Source: an uncultured Planctomycetota bacterium (GTDB lineage Bacteria > Planctomycetota > Planctomycetia > Isosphaerales > Isosphaeraceae). Taken from it: DNA of 64,000 nt. A model generated the notes under the pieces. It was not told the origin of the DNA and ran no database searches. It saw nothing but the letters and a program-made list of their open reading frames with translations. Of the stretch, positions 40,670 to 49,885 are shown piece after piece. The position numbers were made by a program, and so were the translations under genes. The stretch covers positions 96,001-160,000 of the forward strand of contig CAWJTV010000026.1 of the NCBI GenBank assembly GCA_963845755.1. The letters are read 5' to 3'. Every line of letters starts with the position of its first letter. Position 1 is the first letter of the stretch.

Positions 40670-41125
40670 CTACCGGGCCCGCCGGAGCTGGCCGAGCAGG
40701 CTGTTCACTTCGTCGTGGACCTCCGGGGTCTGGCGGATGATCAGGGCCGGCGGCATGGGCCAGGGGACGATCGCGCCGACGGGCCGGGCCTCGTCGAGTC
40801 CCTGGCCCCGGGCGCGCCGTGCCCGGCGTTGCCGGCGCTTTTCCAGGGTCTGGCGGATTGATTGCTTGAAAGCCTCGCTGGGCTCGCGCCGGGGCTCCTG
40901 GGCCTTGGCCGGAGCCTGGGCCTGGGCTTTCGGAGCCCCGGCCTTGGCGTCTTTCTTGGCCATAGCTGGCTTGCCCGGTTCCCGGCCTTTCGGCGCCGGC
41001 GCCTGCTCCTGTTGTGGCCGAGCGGTTTGGGCTTGCACCGACTCCCCCGGACCGAATGCCGCATAAAATGGCAGAATGGCGAAGAGCCATCTTGCTGACC
41101 TCGTCCGTCGTGGTAGGCTGTCCAT
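40670..41125 (-). CDS. Hypothetical secreted low-complexity protein (151 aa)
   Basis: AGGAGGA RBS; signal-like segment; C-terminal ALIIRQTPEVHDEVNSLLGQLRR resembles a secretin N-domain motif. Confidence 0.6.
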   Translation of the reverse strand: MDSLPRRTRSARWLFAILPFYAAFGPGESVQAQTARPQQEQAPAPKGREPGKPAMAKKDAKAGAPKAQAQAPAKAQEPRREPSEAFKQSIRQTLEKRRQRRARRARGQGLDEARPVGAIVPWPMPPALIIRQTPEVHDEVNSLLGQLRRAR

Positions 41126-41379
41126 GGGTTGGCTCCTCCTGATGATGCGATCGCCTGGCCGGTGGGCGGGGATGTCGCGGCGGGCCCGTGATCGGATGAG
41201 CCGGGGCGCGGTGCGGTCGAGCGGACCGGACCGGCGCGTTGTGCGTATCGTCTCCATATCTTAACATTAATCGGGCACAGGGAATACTCGGGCAAAGTGG
41301 CCGGTGGGGTTTGGCAGCCCTACGGCATGCCTCGCGCCTCAGGGAGACGCCTGGTCTTGTAGGCGATGGGAGCCCCAAG

Positions 41380-43968
41380 GTGATCGCAATCGGAACGACG
41401 CTCAACCAGAGGTTCCTTCTGGAGAAGGAGTTGGGCCATGGCGGCATGGGGGCCGTCTACTCGGCCACCGACCAGGTCTTGCAGCGCAACGTCGCCATCA
41501 AGGTCCTCAAGGAGCGCAGCGGCGAGGAGGTCGGCAAGAAGCTGAGGTTGGAGGCCCAGATCGCCGCCCGGCTGCTGCACGACAACGTGGTGCGCATCTA
41601 TGATTTCGGGATGGCCGATGAGACGTATTACCTCGTCATGGAGGCGGTGACCGGGAGCAGTTACACCAAGCGGTGGCGGCACTTGACCCTGGAGGACCGG
41701 CTGCGGATCCTGGCCCAGGTGGCCGATGCGCTGGACTATGCCCATCATCAAGGGGTCGTTCATCGGGACGTCAAGCCGGCAAACGTGTTGTTGACGTCTG
41801 TCGATGCACCCAAGCTGTCCGACTTCGGGCTGTCGATCCTCGCCGAGGAGGGGGACCATTCGGGGGTGGTTCGGGGAACACCCCTGTACATGAGCCCGGA
41901 GCAGACCAAGGGGAGGCCGGTCGACTTCCGGACCGACCTGTACTCGCTGGGGGTGATGATCTACGAGTCGGTGGTCGGGGTCGCACCGTTCACGGGCTCG
42001 TCGCTGGCGATCATGGCACAACACGCCTCTTCGGATCCGGAGCCGCCCCGGGGGCGCAACCCCTGGATCTCCGAGGACCTGGAAGCCTTGATCCTGTCGA
42101 TGCTGGCCAAGCGGCCCGCGGCCCGTCCGCGGTCCGGGGGGGTAGCGGCCGAGGCGCTGCGCCAGGAGGTCGATCGGGTGGGCCGCGAGCGCCAGGCCGC
42201 GGCCTCGACGATCACGGGCGGGACAGCGACCCGGTCGGGCAGCTTCGGTCCCACGACGCCGATGTCCAGTCAGGCCCGATCCACGGTCGGGTCGGTCGAT
42301 GAGCTGGAATCGGGTATGGTGCTGCCGACGGCCGCGTCATCGGGGGCGCCGGCCGGTGGGAAGACCGATCCGATCTCCACGAGTCCGGCGACGCCATCGC
42401 GGGCGGTCGCCTCGAGTCTGGCCGCGACCTCGCAGTCCGGGGCGGGAGCCGCGTCGCGGTCGTGGTCGGTCGCGGTCTCGGTGGCCAGTAGCGGTGGGCT
42501 CACTGCGATGGTCCGGTCGCCCTTGTTCCGGAAGATGCTGGAGGTCGTGCTGGCCGATCCGATCCCGTTGACCCCCGAGGAACGTTATCTCCACGGCCAC
42601 TATCTGGCCTATCTCCTGAGCGGCTCGCGGCGGCAAGGGTTCCTGTTGCGCCGGCCCCTGGAGCCCCGCAACGCCGATCGCGCGCGACTCTTGCTGGGCC
42701 TGACCTACGCACTGCTCTGCCCGGAGAGCGAGGAGGGGATCCGGGATGCGGCCGCCCTGCTGGATCAGCAGATCGACGTCCGCCCCGCCCTCTCGCCGGT
42801 CGTCGTGGCCAAGTATCTGGCCAACCGCGAGACGCCGTCCCAGCGCAAGGTCTTCCGTCAGACGCGCAAGGCCATCGGCCAGGCCAGCGCCTATGCCCAG
42901 AAGCACATGATCGACGCCAAGGGCGTGCTCAATCCCGGCCTGATGCCCCAGCGCCTGGAGGACCTCCACCACATCGCGCCGCCTCGCACCGAGGTCGACG
43001 ACGTCCTGGTCGAGCGCTGGAACCGGGTCACCGAGGTTTGGCGGAACGAGCCGACTTTTCGCCAGGCCGTGCTCTGCTACGCCACCACCAAGGCCCATCG
43101 GGACGCCGCCAGCTCGGCCCTGTGGCCCGAGGTCGTCTATCCCCTGATCGAGCGCGCTCGTTGGCATCGCCGGATCCGCTCCCGTACCGAGGCCGTCTGG
43201 GACTACCTCTGCGCCAACGTGATCCGCGTGCCCGACGCCGGCGTCCAACTCGACCGGGCGATGAGCCGCGTCGTCCCGGCCCCGCTGGCCGCCCAGCTCG
43301 AAGACTCGCTGGAACTGCTCATCGAGAGCCCTCGGCTCGACGATGACGATGCCGATCCGTTCGCCCCGGTCGAGGAGGCCGACCGCCTGGCCGCCTCGAT
43401 CAGCGTCAGCCATGCCAGTATGGCCGAGATCGCCGCCGAGTCGGGCGGCTCCGACAAGGGCAAGATGCTGGTCCGCCTGGTCGAGCCCGACCCGCTCCGG
43501 TTCGTCCAGGGGGAACTCCACGAGCTCTGGAAGGAGGCGCTCACCGCGCTCCAGCAGCCGAACCAGGCCCGACCCGGCGCCAAGGCGGCCACCCATCGGA
43601 ACGTCCCCGTCGGGCCCTACCGCCTGGTTGTGATCCCCTCCATCCGCGGCCGAGCCGCCGGCCAGATCGCCATCCAGGGCATGGTCAACAAACAGATCGA
43701 GATCACCACCCCCACCGTCCGCACCAAGGGCTCCGGCGGCAAACCCCTCCTGGCCATCTGGGTCTACCGCGATCATAGCCTCGTCATCGCCTATCTCGAC
43801 TTCATGAATACCGAACGTTATATCTTCTGGCATGCCCCCAAGAGCCACCAGCTCAACTTCGATGGGGCCGGCGATCTCAACCACGAGCTCTTCTCCCTCG
43901 GCATGGAAGTCCCCGACCAGGTCGACAAGGCCCTGTCGCGATGGTTCAAGCCTAAGAAGACGGTCTAA
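41380..43968 (+). CDS. Soluble Ser/Thr protein kinase with an unrecognised C-terminal domain
   Basis: LGHGGMGAVY, VAIK, HRDVKPANVL, DFGL, GTPLYMSPE and DLYSLG motifs; Ser/Thr/Ala linker; about 480-aa globular tail without a TM. Confidence 0.92.
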   Translation: MIAIGTTLNQRFLLEKELGHGGMGAVYSATDQVLQRNVAIKVLKERSGEEVGKKLRLEAQIAARLLHDNVVRIYDFGMADETYYLVMEAVTGSSYTKRWRHLTLEDRLRILAQVADALDYAHHQGVVHRDVKPANVLLTSVDAPKLSDFGLSILAEEGDHSGVVRGTPLYMSPEQTKGRPVDFRTDLYSLGVMIYESVVGVAPFTGSSLAIMAQHASSDPEPPRGRNPWISEDLEALILSMLAKRPAARPRSGGVAAEALRQEVDRVGRERQAAASTITGGTATRSGSFGPTTPMSSQARSTVGSVDELESGMVLPTAASSGAPAGGKTDPISTSPATPSRAVASSLAATSQSGAGAASRSWSVAVSVASSGGLTAMVRSPLFRKMLEVVLADPIPLTPEERYLHGHYLAYLLSGSRRQGFLLRRPLEPRNADRARLLLGLTYALLCPESEEGIRDAAALLDQQIDVRPALSPVVVAKYLANRETPSQRKVFRQTRKAIGQASAYAQKHMIDAKGVLNPGLMPQRLEDLHHIAPPRTEVDDVLVERWNRVTEVWRNEPTFRQAVLCYATTKAHRDAASSALWPEVVYPLIERARWHRRIRSRTEAVWDYLCANVIRVPDAGVQLDRAMSRVVPAPLAAQLEDSLELLIESPRLDDDDADPFAPVEEADRLAASISVSHASMAEIAAESGGSDKGKMLVRLVEPDPLRFVQGELHELWKEALTALQQPNQARPGAKAATHRNVPVGPYRLVVIPSIRGRAAGQIAIQGMVNKQIEITTPTVRTKGSGGKPLLAIWVYRDHSLVIAYLDFMNTERYIFWHAPKSHQLNFDGAGDLNHELFSLGMEVPDQVDKALSRWFKPKKTV

Positions 43969-44047
43969 CGCCAGAGGAAGGGCAGGGTTGCAACGGACCG
44001 TTCACCCCAGTATCGCTCGTCGGAATACCGTTCTCGGCCCATCACGC

Positions 44048-44202
44048 CTAACGCGGCCTTCGGCTGCAACCCAATCGGGATTCCCGATTCGAGATTCCGG
44101 ATTCCCGAAGGGGAATGATCCGGGAATCCGGAATCGCGAATCCGGAATTCGGAATCCCCAGATGCGCGCAGGGCGCAGGGATCCTACGGAGGAAAACTCT
44201 AA
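44048..44202 (+). repeat. CTAA-bounded hairpin/heptamer-repeat element, copy 2
   Basis: CTAACGCGGCCTTCGGCTGCAACC + (GATTCCC/GGAATCC)n, with CTAA at 44199-44202. Confidence 0.75.
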
Positions 44203-44304
44203 ATATCCCATCCTCGCAACTCGGCTTCCACTAAAGTACGGGCATTGCGGTTCTCGAAACATTCAATGTTCGTTAAGATCCGCGCCGATCGACCAGGCTT
44301 GGCG

Positions 44305-45963
44305 ATGTCGGAGAGAAGCATGAGCAATCCGGATACCTCCCGGCTGCGTCCGGCGGGGCTTGAGGCGGGAGGTTGGGCACGGCTGGAGCGTGCCTGGTGG
44401 GTGGCCCTGATCGCGACGATGGCGATCTTCTCGGCATTCCCGCTGGCTAACCTGCTCCTGGGCCTGTCGACGAAGGACTATACGCTCTGGTACCAGGTGG
44501 GCCAGGCGGTGCGGCAGGGGTTGGATGTCTATCCTCGGCCCGAGACCGGCCGGCTCTTTCCGTTCATGTATCCCCCCTCGGCCGCGGCGATGCTCGGGGT
44601 GCTGAGCCTGCTGGGCGCGACCGGGACGCTGATCGCCCTGGTGTTGGCCACCTCGGCGTCGTGGCTGACCGCGATCGGGCTCTCGGTCTGGCTGGCGATG
44701 GGGAAGAGTTCGCGGCGGCACCCGCTGGTCCTGATGGTGCCCTCGCTGTCGGTCATCGTGCTGATCCATAACACCTACTTGCTGGGCCAGCCGAACCTGC
44801 TGTTGCTGGCGCTGGTGCTGGGCGCGTTCGCCTGCCTCCGCCTGGGCCGGGAGATCGCCGCTGGCGCCCTGGTGGCCACGGCGGCGGCGATCAAGGCGTT
44901 CCCGATCCTGATCCTCGGCTATCTGGTCTACCGCCGGATGTGGAAGGCGACGGCCGCCACCGTGGTGGCCCTGGCCGCCTGGCTGTTGATCGCCCCGCTG
45001 CCGTTCCGGACCCCCGCCCAGACCGTCGACGACCTGGTGGTCTGGAGCAAGGGGATGATCTTCACCTACAACACGCACGGGATCGCCCAGCGCCCGCTCC
45101 GGTCGTACAGCTACAAGAACCAGTCGATCATGGCCGTGATGCACCGCCTGCTGCGGGACGTGCCGGCGGACGGCGAATCCGTCCTGTCCCGGCGGATGCG
45201 AGCCGGCCAGCTCGGTTCCCGGTCGGTCCAGGGGTTGCCGCCGCTGGATCCGACGACCGATCTGCTCAGCTACCTGAAGCCGCACCAGCACGCCGGCAAG
45301 CCGGCCCGAACCACGGGCGTGGGGACGACGGCCGCAAGTGTTGGCGGGGGCGCGAGTGCCGATCCCGTCGATGACGGATCGACCGTGTCCGGGCCGGCCG
45401 CGCGATGGGACGCGGAGATCCAGGGCGCCGAGCACGCGCTGCGATCCGCGTGGAGGGTGAACCTCCTCGACCTGGACTTCCGGACGGTGACCGCGATCAC
45501 GATGGCGGTCATGTTGGGTCTCTGCCTGTTCTTCATGGCCACGATGCCGCCGCGCCGTCGCCGCACCGATGAGACGGACGCCCTCGAATTCGCGATGGTC
45601 ACCCTGCTGACCGTGATCTTCTCCCCGTTGTCGTTCAATTATGCCTACGTCTGGCTACTCTACCCGACCACCCTGGCTTTGCACCGGGTCACGAACGAGC
45701 CGGCCACCGCGCCGCGGCACCGGTTCAAGGTCGCCTGGCTGGCCGCGGTGCTGCTGATCCCCGCCCTGGCCATCCCCATGCCGCAACTCGCCCAGGCCTG
45801 CGGCAACCTGTTCGTCCCGGCCTTGCTCCTGACCTTCGGCCTGGGTGCGATGCTCCGCGCGGCGGGGCGTCGCCCCGATCCGGCCGAGGTCCCACCGCCC
45901 CACCTTCGCGAGCACGATCATCGTGGTTCTCGAACCGAGGTTGCGAGTCTGCCTTATTCGTAG
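44305..45963 (+). CDS. GT87/DUF2029-like polytopic membrane glycosyltransferase (start uncertain, 44305 or 44320)
   Basis: KDY..WY, FMYPP, GQPNLLLL, AAAIKAFP and NQSI motifs; about 10 TM helices. Confidence 0.85.
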   Translation: MSERSMSNPDTSRLRPAGLEAGGWARLERAWWVALIATMAIFSAFPLANLLLGLSTKDYTLWYQVGQAVRQGLDVYPRPETGRLFPFMYPPSAAAMLGVLSLLGATGTLIALVLATSASWLTAIGLSVWLAMGKSSRRHPLVLMVPSLSVIVLIHNTYLLGQPNLLLLALVLGAFACLRLGREIAAGALVATAAAIKAFPILILGYLVYRRMWKATAATVVALAAWLLIAPLPFRTPAQTVDDLVVWSKGMIFTYNTHGIAQRPLRSYSYKNQSIMAVMHRLLRDVPADGESVLSRRMRAGQLGSRSVQGLPPLDPTTDLLSYLKPHQHAGKPARTTGVGTTAASVGGGASADPVDDGSTVSGPAARWDAEIQGAEHALRSAWRVNLLDLDFRTVTAITMAVMLGLCLFFMATMPPRRRRTDETDALEFAMVTLLTVIFSPLSFNYAYVWLLYPTTLALHRVTNEPATAPRHRFKVAWLAAVLLIPALAIPMPQLAQACGNLFVPALLLTFGLGAMLRAAGRRPDPAEVPPPHLREHDHRGSRTEVASLPYS

Positions 45964-46340
45964 CGGAGCCGGCCGAGTCGGTGGGTCTCGCCGGGCCAGA
46001 ATGTCAGACGACCGGGGGCAAAGGTTCGGTACAGTCTCTTTCGTTTTTTCTTCATATCCAGATTTTTCTGTTTGACGTGGCCCATGAGCCTCATTTTCTA
46101 AGTATATATCCGACTTTCAGTGCTATGGCGGCCAGCGGGGTGCGGAGCCGAGCGGTAGCTCGTTCTTGCCCGCCGAGACGCGGTTTAGTTCAATAGACTT
46201 TATCGGGCAGATAGCATCGGTCAGTGCCCTGGGACACCAACCCCGGATCCTGCGACGCCGGCAAATACGGAAACGATTGTGGGACACTCGCCAATCCGAA
46301 CGAGTCACACGTTCGGGCGCATGAAGAGGTTGATTTGAAC

Positions 46341-46769
46341 ATGGGGACGGAAGTAGTCGGAGCGGATCTCGACGGCCTTGATCTTAAATTCCATCATGTG
46401 GGCATTGCTTGCCGCGACCTCGACGTGGAGATGGGCCCCTGGCTCATGATGGGGTACCAGGTCGAGGGGGATGATTTCGTCGATCCGATCAAGGGCGTTC
46501 ACGGGAGATTTCGCTCCGGACAGTCGCCCCGGCTGGAACTGCTCGCCGCGCTGCCCGGTAGCCGCGTGCTCGATCCCTGGTTGAAGACGAGGGCGAGATT
46601 CTACCACCTGGCGTATGAGACACCGGTCCTTCAACAAGTGGTCTCGACGATGCTCGCCCGTGATGCGATTCTCGCCGTCGAACCGGTCGTGTCGGTCGCG
46701 TTTCCGGGGCGAAGGATCGCGTTCCTGATGCTTCCCACAATGTTACTGATTGAGTTGATCGGGCCATGA
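46341..46769 (+). CDS. VOC/glyoxalase-family protein (methylmalonyl-CoA epimerase-like)
   Basis: FHHVGIAC, LELL, YHLAYET, VAFPGRRIAF…LIELI metal-binding pattern. Confidence 0.85.
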   Translation: MGTEVVGADLDGLDLKFHHVGIACRDLDVEMGPWLMMGYQVEGDDFVDPIKGVHGRFRSGQSPRLELLAALPGSRVLDPWLKTRARFYHLAYETPVLQQVVSTMLARDAILAVEPVVSVAFPGRRIAFLMLPTMLLIELIGP

Positions 46770-47056
46770 GTGCGGACCAGGGCTCGTTCGCGCGGTAATC
46801 CACCGATCCTACGACGAAGAATCAGGACAGCCTGGCTGTAAGCCGAATCGCTTGATCTGGTCAAGGATTTCGGCGTTGGTTTTCGACCGGTTTGCATGTT
46901 CTTGCGCGGGAACACCCAGTGGGATCGCCCTGCATTCCTGCGGCTTCCCGGCCGAGGCGCGGCCGCAGCCGATGTGGAGCGTCAACGAAGACGGTCGGGG
47001 CCGAGAGCGTGGCGGCCGCTGGGCTGGGTGGTCCGGCTTACCCGCCTGGCATGGGA

Positions 47057-48151
47057 TCACTTCTCGGAGGGCGGATGGCGGGGCTTGCGATGATCGATTC
47101 GGTCGAGGATCTTCTTCACTTGCGCGGCGACGAACGTCGTGAATTGCCTCGCCCCCATTGAGTTCAGATGGTTGGGGTCAACGAAACACCCGGGATCGTA
47201 GAGCAAGACTTCGGGGCGGTCAACGATCACATGGGAATTCTTGGATTCCAGCTCCTCGGCCCAGGCTCGGAGCTCCGCGGGGTGTTCCGCGGCCTCGCCC
47301 GGGAACGGTGTGAGCCGGATCAGCACGCCGACGCCGTGATCGGCAGTCACCCGCATCAATGTGGAAAACTCCGTCTTGAAGTCCTCAGAGACCTTGAACA
47401 GGTCGCGAGTGTTGACTTTGTCGCGAGGCGGTAACGAGAACCGCCTTCGTTCCGGAGCGGCCCAGAAGCCCCGCTCTTTCGTGACGGCGTCTTCCAAGGT
47501 GCGGAACGTCTCGCCGCCGCGGGCGGGAATCGGCTCGAGGGCGAAGCGGTCGAACCCACCGACCAGCAGACCATACGTGTACTTGAAGCCCTGGCGAACG
47601 TGATACAAGAACGAGTTGTGAGGACGCATATCTTCGGTCCCCGGCCCGTAACACCAGAGGAATCGGGACTTGACGTCCCGCTCTTCCGGGGGCCAGGACT
47701 CGATGCTGCCGGGATTGAGCGCCGTCGGCAGGATGCACACAACGAGCAAGCGGGGTTTCGGATGGTAGCGGAGGTAGGCATCGGTGATCTGGGTGATCCC
47801 ACGGATACCGATCAGGCCCACACCACCGAGATTGTAAGCCTTGAGGCCGGTCTCTCGCTCGAACTGCGACGTCCGCACGTCACAGCGGAGGCTGCTGTCG
47901 CCCACGAAGACGACGTCGTTGTCCTCGCGGGAGTCCATGGCGTAGGTCATGCAATAGCTGCTGAACGCCTCGTATTCATTGGGCGTCCGGTAATTGCGAA
48001 GGAACGTCCTCTCATTATCATAGCGCTTGCCGATGACGTACATCGGTGGGAAAACGATCGAAGCTGTCGCGGCCACGATCCCTAGGACGACGAAGGCAGG
48101 CGCGATTCGCCCCCAATCGCGGCGACGTTCTGTGGGTGCGGGCACGGTCAA
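47057..48151 (-). CDS. Membrane-anchored SGNH-like acyltransferase (DltD/AlgJ/DUF1574-like)
   Basis: N-terminal TM, VVFVGDSS (block I), YNLG, and DPNHLN (DxxH). The TTG start overlaps the MBOAT stop (inferred). Confidence 0.75.
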   Translation of the reverse strand: MTVPAPTERRRDWGRIAPAFVVLGIVAATASIVFPPMYVIGKRYDNERTFLRNYRTPNEYEAFSSYCMTYAMDSREDNDVVFVGDSSLRCDVRTSQFERETGLKAYNLGGVGLIGIRGITQITDAYLRYHPKPRLLVVCILPTALNPGSIESWPPEERDVKSRFLWCYGPGTEDMRPHNSFLYHVRQGFKYTYGLLVGGFDRFALEPIPARGGETFRTLEDAVTKERGFWAAPERRRFSLPPRDKVNTRDLFKVSEDFKTEFSTLMRVTADHGVGVLIRLTPFPGEAAEHPAELRAWAEELESKNSHVIVDRPEVLLYDPGCFVDPNHLNSMGARQFTTFVAAQVKKILDRIDHRKPRHPPSEK

Positions 48152-49623
48152 TACCTCATGTAGGCGATCTCCGGTTCCTTCTCGAGGGCCCAGAGAGAAA
48201 TGAGCATGATCGCGACGAACAGCGTCTTGACGAGGAGGGTCACATAGAGCGATCCGGTGCGCGCCCCGACTCGCTGCCCGACCTGGTCGAGGCGCGAGAG
48301 TATGGCGTCTCGGTACCAGGCGGCCAGGAGCAGGATGGGGACGAGCACCGCGATCCCCACCCCGAAAAGGCCGAGGTGTGGCGGCGCCGAGGTCACTGAC
48401 CCGGACAGGAGAGACCGTCCCACCATCGACAGGATCCGCAGCGCACCCTGCACGCCCGAGGAGAAGAAGACGAACGCGAAACCGACAAAATGCAGCGTGA
48501 CCACGACGGCCACCCAGTGGATCAATGGGTTCTTCTCGTACCTCTTGTAACGCTCGCGGCCGAGCCAGGATCGGAGCGTGTCCCCATAGATACGATTCGT
48601 GGCCGCACCGAGCCCGTGAATCGCCCCGAATACCGCGAAACCCGGCGTCGATCCATGCCACACCCCCGACAGGAACAAGGAGAAGAACAGGAGCCCGTAT
48701 CCGAGCTGCTTGCTTTGCCCGCGGAACCTCTCGACGCAGAATTTGTAGGAAGCCATGAACACGTAATCGCGAATCCAGATCGAAAGGCTGATATGCCAGC
48801 GGTTCCAGTAATCGATGACATTCCGCGAGAGGTAGGGCCGATTGAAGTTCTCGGGGAGGGTCAGGCCGATCAGCCTGGCCGCGGCGACGACGATGTCGGT
48901 GTAGCCGGAAAAATTGAGGTACATGAAGACCGGATAGGCATAGAAAAAAACCGCGAATTGGGGGAGGACCTCGACCCGTGGGTCGGACAGGAGTTGCGAC
49001 CGGCTCTTTTCAAACAGGTCCCAGGCGATGGGCGCGAGCAGCCCAACCTTGATCATGCCGGTCAGCAGCCTGTTCCAGGAGATGAGGGTATCTCGGCCAT
49101 CCCACGGCGGCAACTCCCGGGCGGTCCAGTACTCGTGGAAATCGTTGTACCGCTGGATGGGACCGGCCGTGATCGTGAAGCAAAGCAACTGGTAGTTGGC
49201 GTAGCTGGCGAACGTGAACGGGGCCAGTTGTCCTTGCGATTGATCGACGACCACGTGGATGAACTTGAACAGCATGTACGAGATGCCGATCACCTCGGGT
49301 ACCACGCGCCATGCCGCCTCCGGCAGCATCCACTCGACGAACGTGTACCGCTTCAGGAACAGGAAGCCCACGATCACGAGAGCGATGGTCGCGGGGACGA
49401 GCCCAGGGCGGGGCCGGTCCCGCACCAGGCGAAGGGCGAGGTAGGTCGCGCCGACGAAGAGGGCCAGGCACGCCGCGCTCCGCTTGTTCGGCACCACGGC
49501 GGCGAGAAAGGACAGGTTGGCGGCGGCCAGGATCGACTGTCGTAGGCCCAGCCGGTGCAGCAAGGGTATGACGATGGCCAGGACGGCGCAAAATACGAGA
49601 AATTCGATTGAACACGTATTCAT
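48148..49623 (-). CDS. MBOAT O-acyltransferase (DltB/AlgI-like, 491 aa)
   Basis: GISY, AGPIQRY, NFSGYTDI, ENFNRPY, WNRWHISLS.W.RDYVF and GVWHG motifs; C-terminus …EPEIAYMRY. Confidence 0.93.
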   Translation of the reverse strand: MNTCSIEFLVFCAVLAIVIPLLHRLGLRQSILAAANLSFLAAVVPNKRSAACLALFVGATYLALRLVRDRPRPGLVPATIALVIVGFLFLKRYTFVEWMLPEAAWRVVPEVIGISYMLFKFIHVVVDQSQGQLAPFTFASYANYQLLCFTITAGPIQRYNDFHEYWTARELPPWDGRDTLISWNRLLTGMIKVGLLAPIAWDLFEKSRSQLLSDPRVEVLPQFAVFFYAYPVFMYLNFSGYTDIVVAAARLIGLTLPENFNRPYLSRNVIDYWNRWHISLSIWIRDYVFMASYKFCVERFRGQSKQLGYGLLFFSLFLSGVWHGSTPGFAVFGAIHGLGAATNRIYGDTLRSWLGRERYKRYEKNPLIHWVAVVVTLHFVGFAFVFFSSGVQGALRILSMVGRSLLSGSVTSAPPHLGLFGVGIAVLVPILLLAAWYRDAILSRLDQVGQRVGARTGSLYVTLLVKTLFVAIMLISLWALEKEPEIAYMRY

Positions 49624-49630
49624 TATTAGA

Positions 49631-49885
49631 TTATGTCTTGCCCGCTTTCGCCTCGATGAACCGCAACAGGGTACCGACGTTCTCGCCCGGCTCCTTCATC
49701 CGCGAGATCTCGGCCGTGGCGAACTTGATGCCCAGGCCGTGCTCGAGGGCGACGATCAGGTCGATGTGCGCCAGCGAGTCCCAGTCGTCGATGTCGTCGG
49801 CCGTCATGTCGTCGCGCAGGTTGATCGAGGGGTCGTTGAAGACCTCCCGGAAGATCTTCTGGACGGTCGCTCTGACGTCATTCAC
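49631..49885 (-). CDS. Acyl carrier protein (84 aa)
   Basis: DWDSLAHIDL phosphopantetheine site; overlaps the fkbH stop. Confidence 0.92.
   Translation of the reverse strand: MNDVRATVQKIFREVFNDPSINLRDDMTADDIDDWDSLAHIDLIVALEHGLGIKFATAEISRMKEPGENVGTLLRFIEAKAGKT

Noticed and set aside
46133..46200. tRNA-like or ops/JUMPstart sequence (GCGGGGTG…GGTAGCTCG)
   Set aside because: No T-arm GTTCRA with a closing acceptor stem or anticodon arm, and only a partial match to ops.
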